Source: Erysipelothrix sp.
GTDB lineage: Bacteria; Bacillota_I; Bacilli_A; Erysipelotrichales; Erysipelotrichaceae
Length of the DNA stretch: 64,000 bases
Reading direction: 5' to 3'
Assembly (NCBI GenBank): GCA_012727815.1
Contig: JAAYGI010000068.1
Coordinates: 7,404 to 71,403, forward strand
In this document: one piece after another, positions 32,843 to 41,940 of the stretch
Layout: every line of letters begins with the position of its first letter
Position numbering within the stretch: position 1 is the stretch's first letter
The notes under the pieces: model-generated
What the model was told of the DNA's origin: nothing
Seen by the model: the letters and a program-made list of their open reading frames with translations, nothing else
Databases searched by the model: none
Translations under genes and position numbers: made by a program

Positions 32843-32871
32843 TTGACAGAGAGGTATATAAACTTTATACT
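32843..32871 (+). promoter_or_regulatory. sigmaA promoter of the serS leader
   Basis: TTGACA-N17-TATACT. Confidence 0.8.
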
Positions 32872-32879
32872 TGTATTAA

Positions 32880-33070
32880 GTCTATGAAGAGGACTAAGGT
32901 AAAAAAATTCTGTAGAGACATGTTGGTTGGTGAAAAACATGGAATGAATTTACTGTTCCACCTCTGAGATACTCGGTCAACAGCCGTTATTTGTTCAAGA
33001 TATGTTTCACGTGAAACATATGAAATAGGGTGGCACCACGATTTATTCGTCCCTAGAGGGTGTTTTTTTT
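32880..33070 (+). promoter_or_regulatory. T-box riboswitch (Ser)
   Basis: Stem-I AGAGA and GGTGAA motifs; probable TCC specifier at 32957-59; T-box AATAGGGTGGCACCACG at 33024-40 (UGGC fits the G73 discriminator of tRNA-Ser); hairpin plus T run upstream of serS. Confidence 0.88.
33003..33018. other. parS centromere site
   Basis: Exact TGTTTCACGTGAAACA palindrome about 8 kb from oriC. Confidence 0.9.
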
Positions 33071-33089
33071 GTTTTCAAGGAGGAATTAC

Positions 33090-34373
33090 ATGTTAGACAT
33101 TAATTTATTTAGAACTGAACCAGAGTTGATCAAGGAGAACCTTAGAAAGAAATTCCAAGACGCTAAGATCCTTATGGTTGATGAAATCGTAGAGAAGGAC
33201 ATCGAATACCGTCGTATAAAGACAAGAGCTGATGATCTAAGAGGCCAAAGAAATAGTATATCTAAAGAAATAGGTATGTTAATGGGTCAAAAGAAATTTG
33301 AAGAAGCAGAAGTAATCAAACAGAAGGTACAAGATATCGCTGTAGAACTTAAAGATATCGAAACTCAAGAAGGACCTTTGTTTGATGCATTAACAAAATT
33401 AATGATGCAAATACCTAATATAATTGCAGATGATGTACCAATTGGTAAGAACGATACTGAAAATGTTGAGTTATACCGTGTAGGTGAAGCTGCTCTGAAA
33501 GATTTCGAAGTTCCTTATCATATAGATATTATGGAATCATTCAATGGGGTTGATCTTGAAGCGGCTAGAAAAACCAGTGGACATGGTTTCTACTACTTAC
33601 AAAAAGATATCGCAAGACTACACTCAGCAATGACAGCATATGCACGTGACTTCATGATAGATAGAGGTTATGACTATGTTATACCTCCTTATATGGTACG
33701 TAGTGACGTTGTAACAGGTGTTATGAGTTTTGAAGAGATGGAAAACATGATGTACAAGGTAGAAGGTGAAGACTTATACCTAATTGGTACTAGTGAACAT
33801 TCAATGGTAGGTAAGTATATCGATACAATTATTGATGAAACAGATCTACCACACAAACTAACATCATATTCACCTTGCTTCAGAAAAGAAGTAGGAGCGC
33901 ACGGTATTGAGGAACGCGGTGTGTTCAGAATTCACCAATTCGAAAAACAAGAAATGGTAATCGTATGTAATCCAGAAGAAAGTGCAGCATTATTTGATGA
34001 ATTGGTTAAAAACTCAGTAGATTTCTTCGGAACACTAGATATACCTGTACGTGTGTTTGAATCATGCTCAGGAGACTTAGCTGATCTAAAACATAAAGGT
34101 GTTGATATTGAAGCTTGGTCACCAAGACAAGAAACATACTTTGAAGTAGGAAGTTGCTCTAACTTAACAGATGCACAGTCTAGACGACTTAAAATACGTA
34201 TTAATAAAGAAAATGGCGAAAGAGTATTCGCACATACATTAAATAATACAGTAGTTGCTCCACCAAGAATGCTTATTGCTTTCTTAGAGAACAACTTACA
34301 AGCAGATGGTAGCGTATTAGTACCAGAAGCACTACAACCTTACATGGGTTTCAATAAACAATTGAATAAGTAA
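33090..34373 (+). CDS. serS: seryl-tRNA synthetase
   Basis: Start re-called at MLDINLFR (AAGGAGG RBS); LIGTSEH, SPCFRKE, HQFEKQE, EVGSCSN, HTLNNT. Confidence 0.96.
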   Translation: MLDINLFRTEPELIKENLRKKFQDAKILMVDEIVEKDIEYRRIKTRADDLRGQRNSISKEIGMLMGQKKFEEAEVIKQKVQDIAVELKDIETQEGPLFDALTKLMMQIPNIIADDVPIGKNDTENVELYRVGEAALKDFEVPYHIDIMESFNGVDLEAARKTSGHGFYYLQKDIARLHSAMTAYARDFMIDRGYDYVIPPYMVRSDVVTGVMSFEEMENMMYKVEGEDLYLIGTSEHSMVGKYIDTIIDETDLPHKLTSYSPCFRKEVGAHGIEERGVFRIHQFEKQEMVIVCNPEESAALFDELVKNSVDFFGTLDIPVRVFESCSGDLADLKHKGVDIEAWSPRQETYFEVGSCSNLTDAQSRRLKIRINKENGERVFAHTLNNTVVAPPRMLIAFLENNLQADGSVLVPEALQPYMGFNKQLNK

Positions 34374-34410
34374 AAACAAAAGAACATCCTTCGATGTTCT
34401 TTTGTTTTAC
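34370..34410. terminator. bidirectional terminator between serS and the HAD gene
   Basis: AAAACAAAAGAACATC-CTTC-GATGTTCTTTTGTTTT. Confidence 0.8.
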
Positions 34411-34427
34411 TATAATGTTAAATTTTA

Positions 34428-35216
34428 TTACTTATCTAAATGCTCAAGGATCTTATTAATAACAGCATTATCAGTATTCTTACCGATAACCTCATAAGCA
34501 TGCTTTTTAAGGCCTTCAACACCGTTTTCTACTACATAACCATATTTAACGTTCTGTATTAGTTCTAAATCATTGAAGTAGTCTCCAAAACTTACAACAT
34601 GGTCTGAAGATATATCATACTTATTCATGATTACTTCTAATGCTTTAGCCTTATTGACGCCTTTATTCATAACATCAATCCAACGAGATCCTGCTTCAAT
34701 AGGGTAGACACTCTCATCTAGTTTGCCGTTTATATAATTATTGAAGTTATCTTGACTTGAAGTAAAACTAAGTCCTGTAATCTTTACAACATTTTTAGTA
34801 TAATCCAGAAGATTATCTACAACAGTAAGGTTTGTATAAAATTCATCAATATAGTCTTTATAATCAGCACGATCATCTTCTATATAAGCCATGTCAGCTT
34901 TAATAACAACAGTAACTGAATCTTTAGCTTTTTTAAATTGATTAATTGTATCGACAACAACATCTTCGTCTAATATTTCAATATGTAGTATTTCGCCTTT
35001 ATGTTTTAATATACCACCATTATCGGCAATAAAGGTTAATGAGTGATCATAATCTTTAAATTTGTTTTCTAAGTTAGTAAGAGTTCTACCACTTGCAACA
35101 ATAAACATTCTCTCTTCTTGTTCTAATCTATCTATAATATTTTGTGTTTCTAAAGGTAAGTTGGACTCTTCATCTAAGAATGTATGGTCCATGTCTGTAA
35201 CAAATATCTTTATCAT
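34428..35216 (-). CDS. Cof-type HAD-IIB hydrolase
   Basis: Start re-called at MIKIFVTDMDHTFL (GAGGAG RBS); ASGR, GVNKAKAL, FGDYFNDLEL. Confidence 0.9.
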   Translation of the reverse strand: MIKIFVTDMDHTFLDEESNLPLETQNIIDRLEQEERMFIVASGRTLTNLENKFKDYDHSLTFIADNGGILKHKGEILHIEILDEDVVVDTINQFKKAKDSVTVVIKADMAYIEDDRADYKDYIDEFYTNLTVVDNLLDYTKNVVKITGLSFTSSQDNFNNYINGKLDESVYPIEAGSRWIDVMNKGVNKAKALEVIMNKYDISSDHVVSFGDYFNDLELIQNVKYGYVVENGVEGLKKHAYEVIGKNTDNAVINKILEHLDK

Positions 35217-35241
35217 TTTATCTTCTCCTCTTATAGTATAA

Positions 35242-35257
35242 TGTTTCACGTGAAACA
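35242..35257. other. parS centromere site
   Basis: Exact TGTTTCACGTGAAACA. Confidence 0.9.
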
Positions 35258-35291
35258 TTGCAAAAAATTGTATATATAGTATACTATAAAT

Positions 35292-35370
35292 GCTACTACA
35301 ACAATATCTTAATAATCAGGTCAGGGTAGGAATACAGCAGCCTTACTTAAGCTCTATTGTGTGTAGTGGC
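35292..35370 (+). ncRNA. ffs: signal recognition particle RNA (short 4.5S type)
   Basis: Domain IV GGTCAGG-GTA-GGAA-TAC-AGCAGCC (E. coli has GGUCAGG-UCC-GGAA-GGA-AGCAGCC); closing stem GCTACTAC...GTAGTGGC followed by T7. Confidence 0.9.
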
Positions 35371-35390
35371 TTTTTTTATAGGGAGAGCAC

Positions 35391-36278
35391 ATGCACAAAC
35401 AATATATGGAAGCAGCATTAGATGAAGCAAACAAAGCCTACGAACTCGATGAAGTTCCTGTAGGAGCTATTATTGTGCATAATGGTGAAATCATTTCAAA
35501 AGGATATAATATGCGTGAAACCCTGAATGATCCTTTGGCGCATGCCGAAATGATTGCTATAAAAAAGGCCAGTGTATATTTAAGCACTTGGAAACTTAAT
35601 GAGTGCATACTTTATGTGACACTAGAACCTTGTATTATGTGTGCTGGAAGTATAATTCAGTCTAGGATTGGTACTGTAGTATATGGTGCTAAAGATAATA
35701 AAGGTGGAAGTTTTGGTTCAACAGTCAATCTGAATGATATAGAAGGGTATAATCACTATCCTAATATTATCTCAGGTATTATGGAAGACGAAACATCCCA
35801 AATATTGAGTAAATTTTTCAAGGAGAAAAGAATAATGCAAATAAAAATATCAGTTGTAAATAACCAAGAAGATTTTGAAGAAGTTAAAAATTTAAGAAAC
35901 GAAGTATTTGTAAAAGAGCAAAAAGTAGATCCGGATATTGAATTCGATGATTATGACGATTTAAATAGAGATGATGTCATTCATATCGTTGCAAAACAAA
36001 ATAATGAAGTTGTTGCTTCGCTACGTTTATTATTAGAAAAGAACAAAAAAATTATAGTTGGTCGAGTTGTAGTTAAAGAAACTCATCGTAAACAAGGTAT
36101 TGGTTTAAAGATTATGAACTATGCTGAAAAGTATGCATTTAATAATGGATATAAATTATTAGAATTAGGCGCACAAACATACGCGCTACCTTTTTATGAA
36201 AATTGTGGCTATACAGCCTTCGGCGATATATTCTTAGATGCTAACATCGAACACAGAATGATGCGTAAAGAAATTTAA
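35391..36278 (+). CDS. tadA: tRNA adenosine(34) deaminase fused to a C-terminal ElaA/YjcF-like GNAT
   Basis: EVPVGA, AHAE, TLEPCIMCAG, FFKEKR; then LRNEVFVKEQ, GRVVV..HRKQGIG, FYENCGY, FLDANIEH. Confidence 0.88.
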   Translation: MHKQYMEAALDEANKAYELDEVPVGAIIVHNGEIISKGYNMRETLNDPLAHAEMIAIKKASVYLSTWKLNECILYVTLEPCIMCAGSIIQSRIGTVVYGAKDNKGGSFGSTVNLNDIEGYNHYPNIISGIMEDETSQILSKFFKEKRIMQIKISVVNNQEDFEEVKNLRNEVFVKEQKVDPDIEFDDYDDLNRDDVIHIVAKQNNEVVASLRLLLEKNKKIIVGRVVVKETHRKQGIGLKIMNYAEKYAFNNGYKLLELGAQTYALPFYENCGYTAFGDIFLDANIEHRMMRKEI

Positions 36279-36447
36279 ACTTGGATAATTCCAAGTTTTT
36301 TTATTTTCTATAATATTGTGTTCGCCTTTAAAGAACACAAGATAATTATTACGAAATGGTAATAATTCAAAGTCCTAAAATGATGGTTTAAAGTTCTTCA
36401 AAAAATAATGCCTTCAAAGGATAAAAAAAATAACCCAATAGGGTTAT

Positions 36448-37052
36448 TTAGTTGTCTATGACTTCAACAAGTCTCGCTCTTACGATTAATCGCTCAGGAT
36501 TTGTCCAAGAAGAATATCTACAAGTTAATAATGTTAGTGTAGATTCATCCTCAATGGGATCTAAAACCCAAAGGTCGTCATTCATTACAAAGAAAGAATC
36601 ATAGATTTCATATTTCATTGTTTGTTTTTTGGATTGCAGAAAAACTTCATCACCAATATTTACATCATGTAAATATCTAAAGGTACATACTGGGCATGAA
36701 CCATTATGTCCAGCAACTACAAAGTTTCCTTTATCAGGAGGGAGAACATCTGTTTCATATGCAATTAAAGAATTATATAAAGATTTGAAGTTACCACCTG
36801 TTGCAACAGGAAGGTCGATTCCTACAGATTCTATGGTTAAAAGTCCCCAAATGTTTTTGCCCATTTCTACCTCACCATTACCTTCATCCTCTGGAATATC
36901 AGGATCCTGTAATGAATTCATAAAATCTTGTTTAACTTTTTCAATTTCTTTGTTTTTCATATATGTTTGTATTGCATTGACCGAAAAAAGGGCTAAACCA
37001 ATAGTTATAAAAATAGTAGCTAATATATTTGTCTTATTTTTTTCTTTTTCAT
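36448..37052 (-). CDS. sortase (class D-like); N-terminal anchor joined across an apparent 1-nt frameshift
   Basis: GNFVVAGHN (His), LTLLTC and ERLIVRA catalytic motifs. The RBS-preceded ATG at 37052 is out of frame with the TM anchor and the 36448..36960 ORF at an A7 run. Confidence 0.8.
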
Positions 37053-37230
37053 ACTATCACCACTTAAATAATAACACAGATTAAAGAAGAGACATATGTT
37101 GATACCACACAAAACACTTCACTTAAATAAAGAGAAAACAAACAATATTTGTTTTTTTGTATATTTATCATAAAAGTAACTATCTTATCCTAAGCTGTTG
37201 CATGCTATAATAAGATAAGGTGGTGATACT

Positions 37231-39492
37231 GTGACGTACCAATCATTATATAGAAAATATAGACCGCAGACATTTGATGATGTTATAGGTCAAGAAAATA
37301 TCGTAAGCGCATTAACAAATGCAGTTTTAAGAAAGAAAATATCACATGCATATCTTTTAACAGGGCCAAGGGGAACAGGGAAAACGACTTCTGCAAAACT
37401 TTTAGCAAAAGCAATTAACTGTGAAAGCCCCACAGAAACAATATGCGGTGTTTGTGCGAATTGTGAGCTCTCAAGTAACAATGCACATCCTGATATTGTA
37501 GAGATAGATGCTGCAAGTAATAATGGGGTAGATGAGATACGTTCTCTAATAGAACGAGTTAAATTTACACCTATAGTTGGAAAGTATAAAGTATACATAA
37601 TAGATGAGATACATATGCTAACTCCAGGTGCATTTAATGCACTTCTAAAAACATTAGAAGAACCGCCTTCTCATGTTGTTTTTATACTTGCAACAACTGA
37701 AATACATAAAGTATTACCAACGATAATATCACGTTGTCAAAGATTTGATTTTGCTAGAATATCTGAAAAAGATATTACAGATAGATTAGAATTAATAGTA
37801 AAAAAAGAACATAGAACAATTCAAGAAAATGCAGCAGCACTTATTGCTTCACTATCAGGTGGGGGAATGAGGAATGCCTTAACAATCTTAGAACAAGCAA
37901 TGATTTTAAATGAAGGAAATATAACTGTTCAAAGTATTTACGATAACAATGGAATGGTATTACCCGAAGAAAAAATTTCCCTGTTTGATAATCTAAAGAA
38001 CAAAGATATCTCTAAACTAATAAATACAATCAGTACTGTGATGGATAAGACCGTTGATGTAAGCAGATTTGTTATGGAATTAATAGCAGGTTTAAAAGAT
38101 AGTATTATATATAGTTATACTAAAAATGATGCTTATATTAATGTTAATGATAAAGCTTTAGCAGAGTATTTAGATTTATCTTACACTAATAAAGAAATCG
38201 TAGATATGATTAATATATTATTGGATTATCATGAAAAAATTAGATTCTCATCGACACCTGCAGTTCACTTTGAAATCGCATTGATTGAATTATATGAGAG
38301 AACCGAAAAACCAGAAAACTATGTCCCTTACTTACAAGAAACTCAAGTTGAAACTGAAGTAGAGACACAAAGAACTGATGAATACATACATAACGAGGAT
38401 AATAATAGTGTAAATAAAGTTGAAGATATTCAACCCGTACAAACACAAGAATATATTGAAAGACCTGAAGTTACTCCAACAGCTGTTGAAATTCATAGAC
38501 ATGAAGAGAAGCCTGTAGAAAATCCAATACATCGTGATCTAACTGATATCATCGAAGAATATGAAGCAACAACACCTGCTGAAATAGAAATACCAAGTCA
38601 AGTATTAGAAAATCCAAATCCACAAGAAATTAAAGAAGCTGATCAAATTATAGGAAAACCACAATATAACTATAATGAGGAAGATGAATTCTTTGATGAA
38701 GATGAACCTCTGGATGATGCTTTCTTTACAGCTCCAATACCAAAAGTAGAAAGTGTGACTATTACTGAAACTATTCAAGAAGTAGAACCAGAAGCAATAA
38801 TAGAAACTCCAGCAATAATGGATTCACAACAACAAGCAACAATGGAAACTCAAGCAAGACCAAGTACGATGCCTAATATGAATCAAGTTAACAATGTTGA
38901 ACGTGAAACACAGACACCAATTATTGAAGATGCAGTTCAAAGCAGTATATTTGAGACACCAATTACAGCACCTATAGAAGAAAAAGTAGAAATTGAAACA
39001 CCAAAACAATTGATCTCAATTCAAAAGTTGGATCTTACAATAGAAGAAATTGTTCAATATATGGTTAGTGCTGATAAGAACTTAAGAATTACAGATACAG
39101 ATAGTTTTAGTCATTTAAAAGATTACTTATCAAATCCACGTTGGGCTAAAGAAAGTAATCTACTAAATAACTCCAATATATCATTATCAGGAGAATCATT
39201 TATCCTAGTGGTTACTAAAAACCAAGCACAATCTCGTGCAATTTTAGATGAAATAAATCTTTATGATTTAATCTCATTCACAACAGAAATTCTGGGTACA
39301 CCAAAACAAGTATTTGCTGCAACTGAAAATCAATTCAAGATAGCGATAGAATCCTTTAAAGATTTAAGCTCTAAAAAGCAATTACCAGATGCCTTAAGTG
39401 CATCAGATTTTATAACAGGTAAAGATGATTATGTTGATGAAACAGAGCAAATATTAATGGATATGTTCGGAAGTAAATTAGAAATTAAGTAA
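37231..39492 (+). CDS. dnaX: DNA polymerase III gamma/tau, with a long acidic insertion
   Basis: LYRKYRPQTF, GPRGTGKTT, EIDAASNNGVD, IIDEIHML, NALLKTLEEPP, TIISRCQRF. Confidence 0.95.
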   Translation: MTYQSLYRKYRPQTFDDVIGQENIVSALTNAVLRKKISHAYLLTGPRGTGKTTSAKLLAKAINCESPTETICGVCANCELSSNNAHPDIVEIDAASNNGVDEIRSLIERVKFTPIVGKYKVYIIDEIHMLTPGAFNALLKTLEEPPSHVVFILATTEIHKVLPTIISRCQRFDFARISEKDITDRLELIVKKEHRTIQENAAALIASLSGGGMRNALTILEQAMILNEGNITVQSIYDNNGMVLPEEKISLFDNLKNKDISKLINTISTVMDKTVDVSRFVMELIAGLKDSIIYSYTKNDAYINVNDKALAEYLDLSYTNKEIVDMINILLDYHEKIRFSSTPAVHFEIALIELYERTEKPENYVPYLQETQVETEVETQRTDEYIHNEDNNSVNKVEDIQPVQTQEYIERPEVTPTAVEIHRHEEKPVENPIHRDLTDIIEEYEATTPAEIEIPSQVLENPNPQEIKEADQIIGKPQYNYNEEDEFFDEDEPLDDAFFTAPIPKVESVTITETIQEVEPEAIIETPAIMDSQQQATMETQARPSTMPNMNQVNNVERETQTPIIEDAVQSSIFETPITAPIEEKVEIETPKQLISIQKLDLTIEEIVQYMVSADKNLRITDTDSFSHLKDYLSNPRWAKESNLLNNSNISLSGESFILVVTKNQAQSRAILDEINLYDLISFTTEILGTPKQVFAATENQFKIAIESFKDLSSKKQLPDALSASDFITGKDDYVDETEQILMDMFGSKLEIK

Positions 39493-39514
39493 TTAATTAG
39501 TAAAGGAGAGCTAG

Positions 39515-40381
39515 ATGAGTGCTATAGCATATATAACTGATTCAAATATAATCGATTATCACCGACTAAGAGGCAGTGAAACTATGGTCTTTTGGCGCTT
39601 TAGTTTACGAAACTTCTCTCGATTTGCAGTTGGAGACCTAGTTTTCTTTATAGATGGACGTACACGCCATCCTAAGACCAATGAAAAGGGATTAATCGGT
39701 TATGGACGTTGCACTCAGATGAAAAATAATAGTCCTAAGTCGACTTGGGATATGCATAAGACAGAAACTGGTTATGAACACTATAAAGACTTTACAGAAG
39801 CAATTAAGTTTTATAGAAAAAATGATCACCGATTGCCTCAACAACTTCAAGTTATCAAATTAGATGGTATTGTTTTCTTTCAAAATCCAATTTTTCTAAG
39901 TGAGATAGATATTGAAATAAGTTCCCGTCTTGAATCTTTTACATATATAGAAAAAGATGGCAAAGACAGTTCAGTTGAATTACTAGAAATAGGGAAATTA
40001 ATCGGTGTTGATGCATGGGTTAAGTCCCAAAACTCTAATATATCGAAACATGACATATCAAGAGATATCACGGAGCAATCATTAAGAAGATTACTTGAAG
40101 ATATTGAAGTTAATTATATAGATAAGCAAATTAGACTAATAAAAAACCACACAAATTGTGTGGTTATAAATAATATATTTTATACTTATGAAAATTCGAA
40201 CTTGGTGATCACATTTCCTATTACACATAAATCTCAAATGAATGAGATGTTAGGCGTTAAATTAATTCTAGATACTTTATTAAATATAGAATATGAATTT
40301 AATGTGATTACGAATGCGAATCTTGAAGAGAAAGCTCTTCATCTCTTATCTGTTTTGAATTTAAAGCTCTTACAAATTTAG
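39515..40381 (+). CDS. hypothetical protein with a possible PUA/EVE-like N-terminal domain
   Basis: AAAGGAG RBS; AYITD...VFWR....F..FAVGDLVFF...GLIGYG pattern; recognised by eye only. Confidence 0.6.
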   Translation: MSAIAYITDSNIIDYHRLRGSETMVFWRFSLRNFSRFAVGDLVFFIDGRTRHPKTNEKGLIGYGRCTQMKNNSPKSTWDMHKTETGYEHYKDFTEAIKFYRKNDHRLPQQLQVIKLDGIVFFQNPIFLSEIDIEISSRLESFTYIEKDGKDSSVELLEIGKLIGVDAWVKSQNSNISKHDISRDITEQSLRRLLEDIEVNYIDKQIRLIKNHTNCVVINNIFYTYENSNLVITFPITHKSQMNEMLGVKLILDTLLNIEYEFNVITNANLEEKALHLLSVLNLKLLQI

Positions 40382-40889
40382 GTTGAATAGCTTCATATTC
40401 AATACCAATACTTTTTAAAGTTTGATAGTAATGTTTCTGAGCAGCTTTGTCTTCATGATGTAATTCATATTCAATTTCATAATCCTTATGAAATTCAAAC
40501 TGAGTAACATCTAAGCACCAAGTACCATAAACATCTTTATATTCATAACGAACAGTATTACTAAATGCAATCTCTTCGAGATCTTGTGCATTTACATTAA
40601 ACACATCCAATACTTTTTGAGAATTAGGATCAGATTTTATATCACCAGTGATATAAATCTCATACTCCATAACTCCATCAGGATGTGGTTCCTTAACAGT
40701 TAACAATAATTCTTCACCAATCTTACGTACACGACACATTGTCCCCTCTCTATATAAATCGGAATTTGGCGTATCGTAGTAAGTATTGTTTTGAAATATT
40801 GGACTTTCAAAAGGAAAATAGTCTCTGATCAATAAATGAGACTCTTGAGTTAGTTTTGATTTGAATTCGATTTCTAAATTTTCTTCCAT
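40308..40889 (-). CDS. CYTH-domain protein (YjbK-like)
   Basis: LEIEFK (ExExK), QNNTYYDT, CRVR, LTVKEP, DYEIEYE, PKFVRA. Confidence 0.88.
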   Translation of the reverse strand: MEENLEIEFKSKLTQESHLLIRDYFPFESPIFQNNTYYDTPNSDLYREGTMCRVRKIGEELLLTVKEPHPDGVMEYEIYITGDIKSDPNSQKVLDVFNVNAQDLEEIAFSNTVRYEYKDVYGTWCLDVTQFEFHKDYEIEYELHHEDKAAQKHYYQTLKSIGIEYEAIQPKFVRALNSKQIRDEELSLQDSHS

Positions 40890-40948
40890 AGGACTATAAT
40901 ACAATAAATTTCTATATGTTACAATATAAAAAGAAAAGGGTGAGTATT

Positions 40949-41731
40949 ATGAAAAGTTTTACAGTAATAAGCCGAGGAGATGCATTCTCTAAAAAATCTT
41001 GCAGTGAAATTAAAGAAAGATTAATCAGTATGGGGAAAATACATGATGAAGAAAGTCCTGATTTAGTCGTGTGTGTAGGAGGAGATGGCACCTTATTACA
41101 TGCTTTCCATCAGTATTTAGATAAAGTAGATGAGGTTGCTTTTGTAGGAATACATACAGGTACCTTAGGTTTTTCGACCGACTATATCATGGAAGAGATT
41201 GAAGAGTTTTATTCAGACTTAGCATCAAATAAAGTTACCATTGAAGAGAAATCAATTCTTGAAGCAACATGTTATAAAGAAGATGAAATTATGAAATTTA
41301 ATGCACTTAATGAAATTAGAATTGAAAATATTGTTAAGACACAACACGTAGAAGTATACTTAAATGATGAATATTTTGAACTATTTAGAGGTAATGGATT
41401 GTGTGTCTCTGGTCAATATGGTTCAACAGCATACAATAGATCTATTGGTGGTGCTGTTATATTTCACGGTCTAGAATTATTACAATTAACTGAAATATCA
41501 GGGATCCATCATCGTCATGCAAGAAGTCTTGCAGCACCTTTAATATTAGATCCTAAAACAACAGTAAGAATGGAATATGAAAACTTTGATCATGCACTTT
41601 TATGTTATGACCATCTACATATCCACTTAGAAAACATCCATAAGATTGAAGTTAAGTTAAATACTAAAAAAATGAGATTTGCTCATTTTAGAGAATTTTC
41701 TTACATAGATAAATTAAACGCTTTATTTTAA
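40949..41731 (+). CDS. nadK: NAD kinase
   Basis: GGDGTLL, GTLGF, ALNE, GSTAYNRSIGG; start re-called at MKSFTV. Confidence 0.94.
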   Translation: MKSFTVISRGDAFSKKSCSEIKERLISMGKIHDEESPDLVVCVGGDGTLLHAFHQYLDKVDEVAFVGIHTGTLGFSTDYIMEEIEEFYSDLASNKVTIEEKSILEATCYKEDEIMKFNALNEIRIENIVKTQHVEVYLNDEYFELFRGNGLCVSGQYGSTAYNRSIGGAVIFHGLELLQLTEISGIHHRHARSLAAPLILDPKTTVRMEYENFDHALLCYDHLHIHLENIHKIEVKLNTKKMRFAHFREFSYIDKLNALF

Positions 41732-41940
41732 TAGATAAGCAATTAATAAATATAACCAAACAGCATGCATAGAGCATGCTGTTTTCTATATGAAACCGTG
41801 TACATTTCTTGCTATATTTCACAAACGAACCTATACTCTAGTTAAGATAGCACCTGCATCAGTGCATATAATTCGTTCATCATATATACATGTATCTATA
41901 AGATACGCTTTTTGCGTACACACCCAAAAGGAGGATAATT

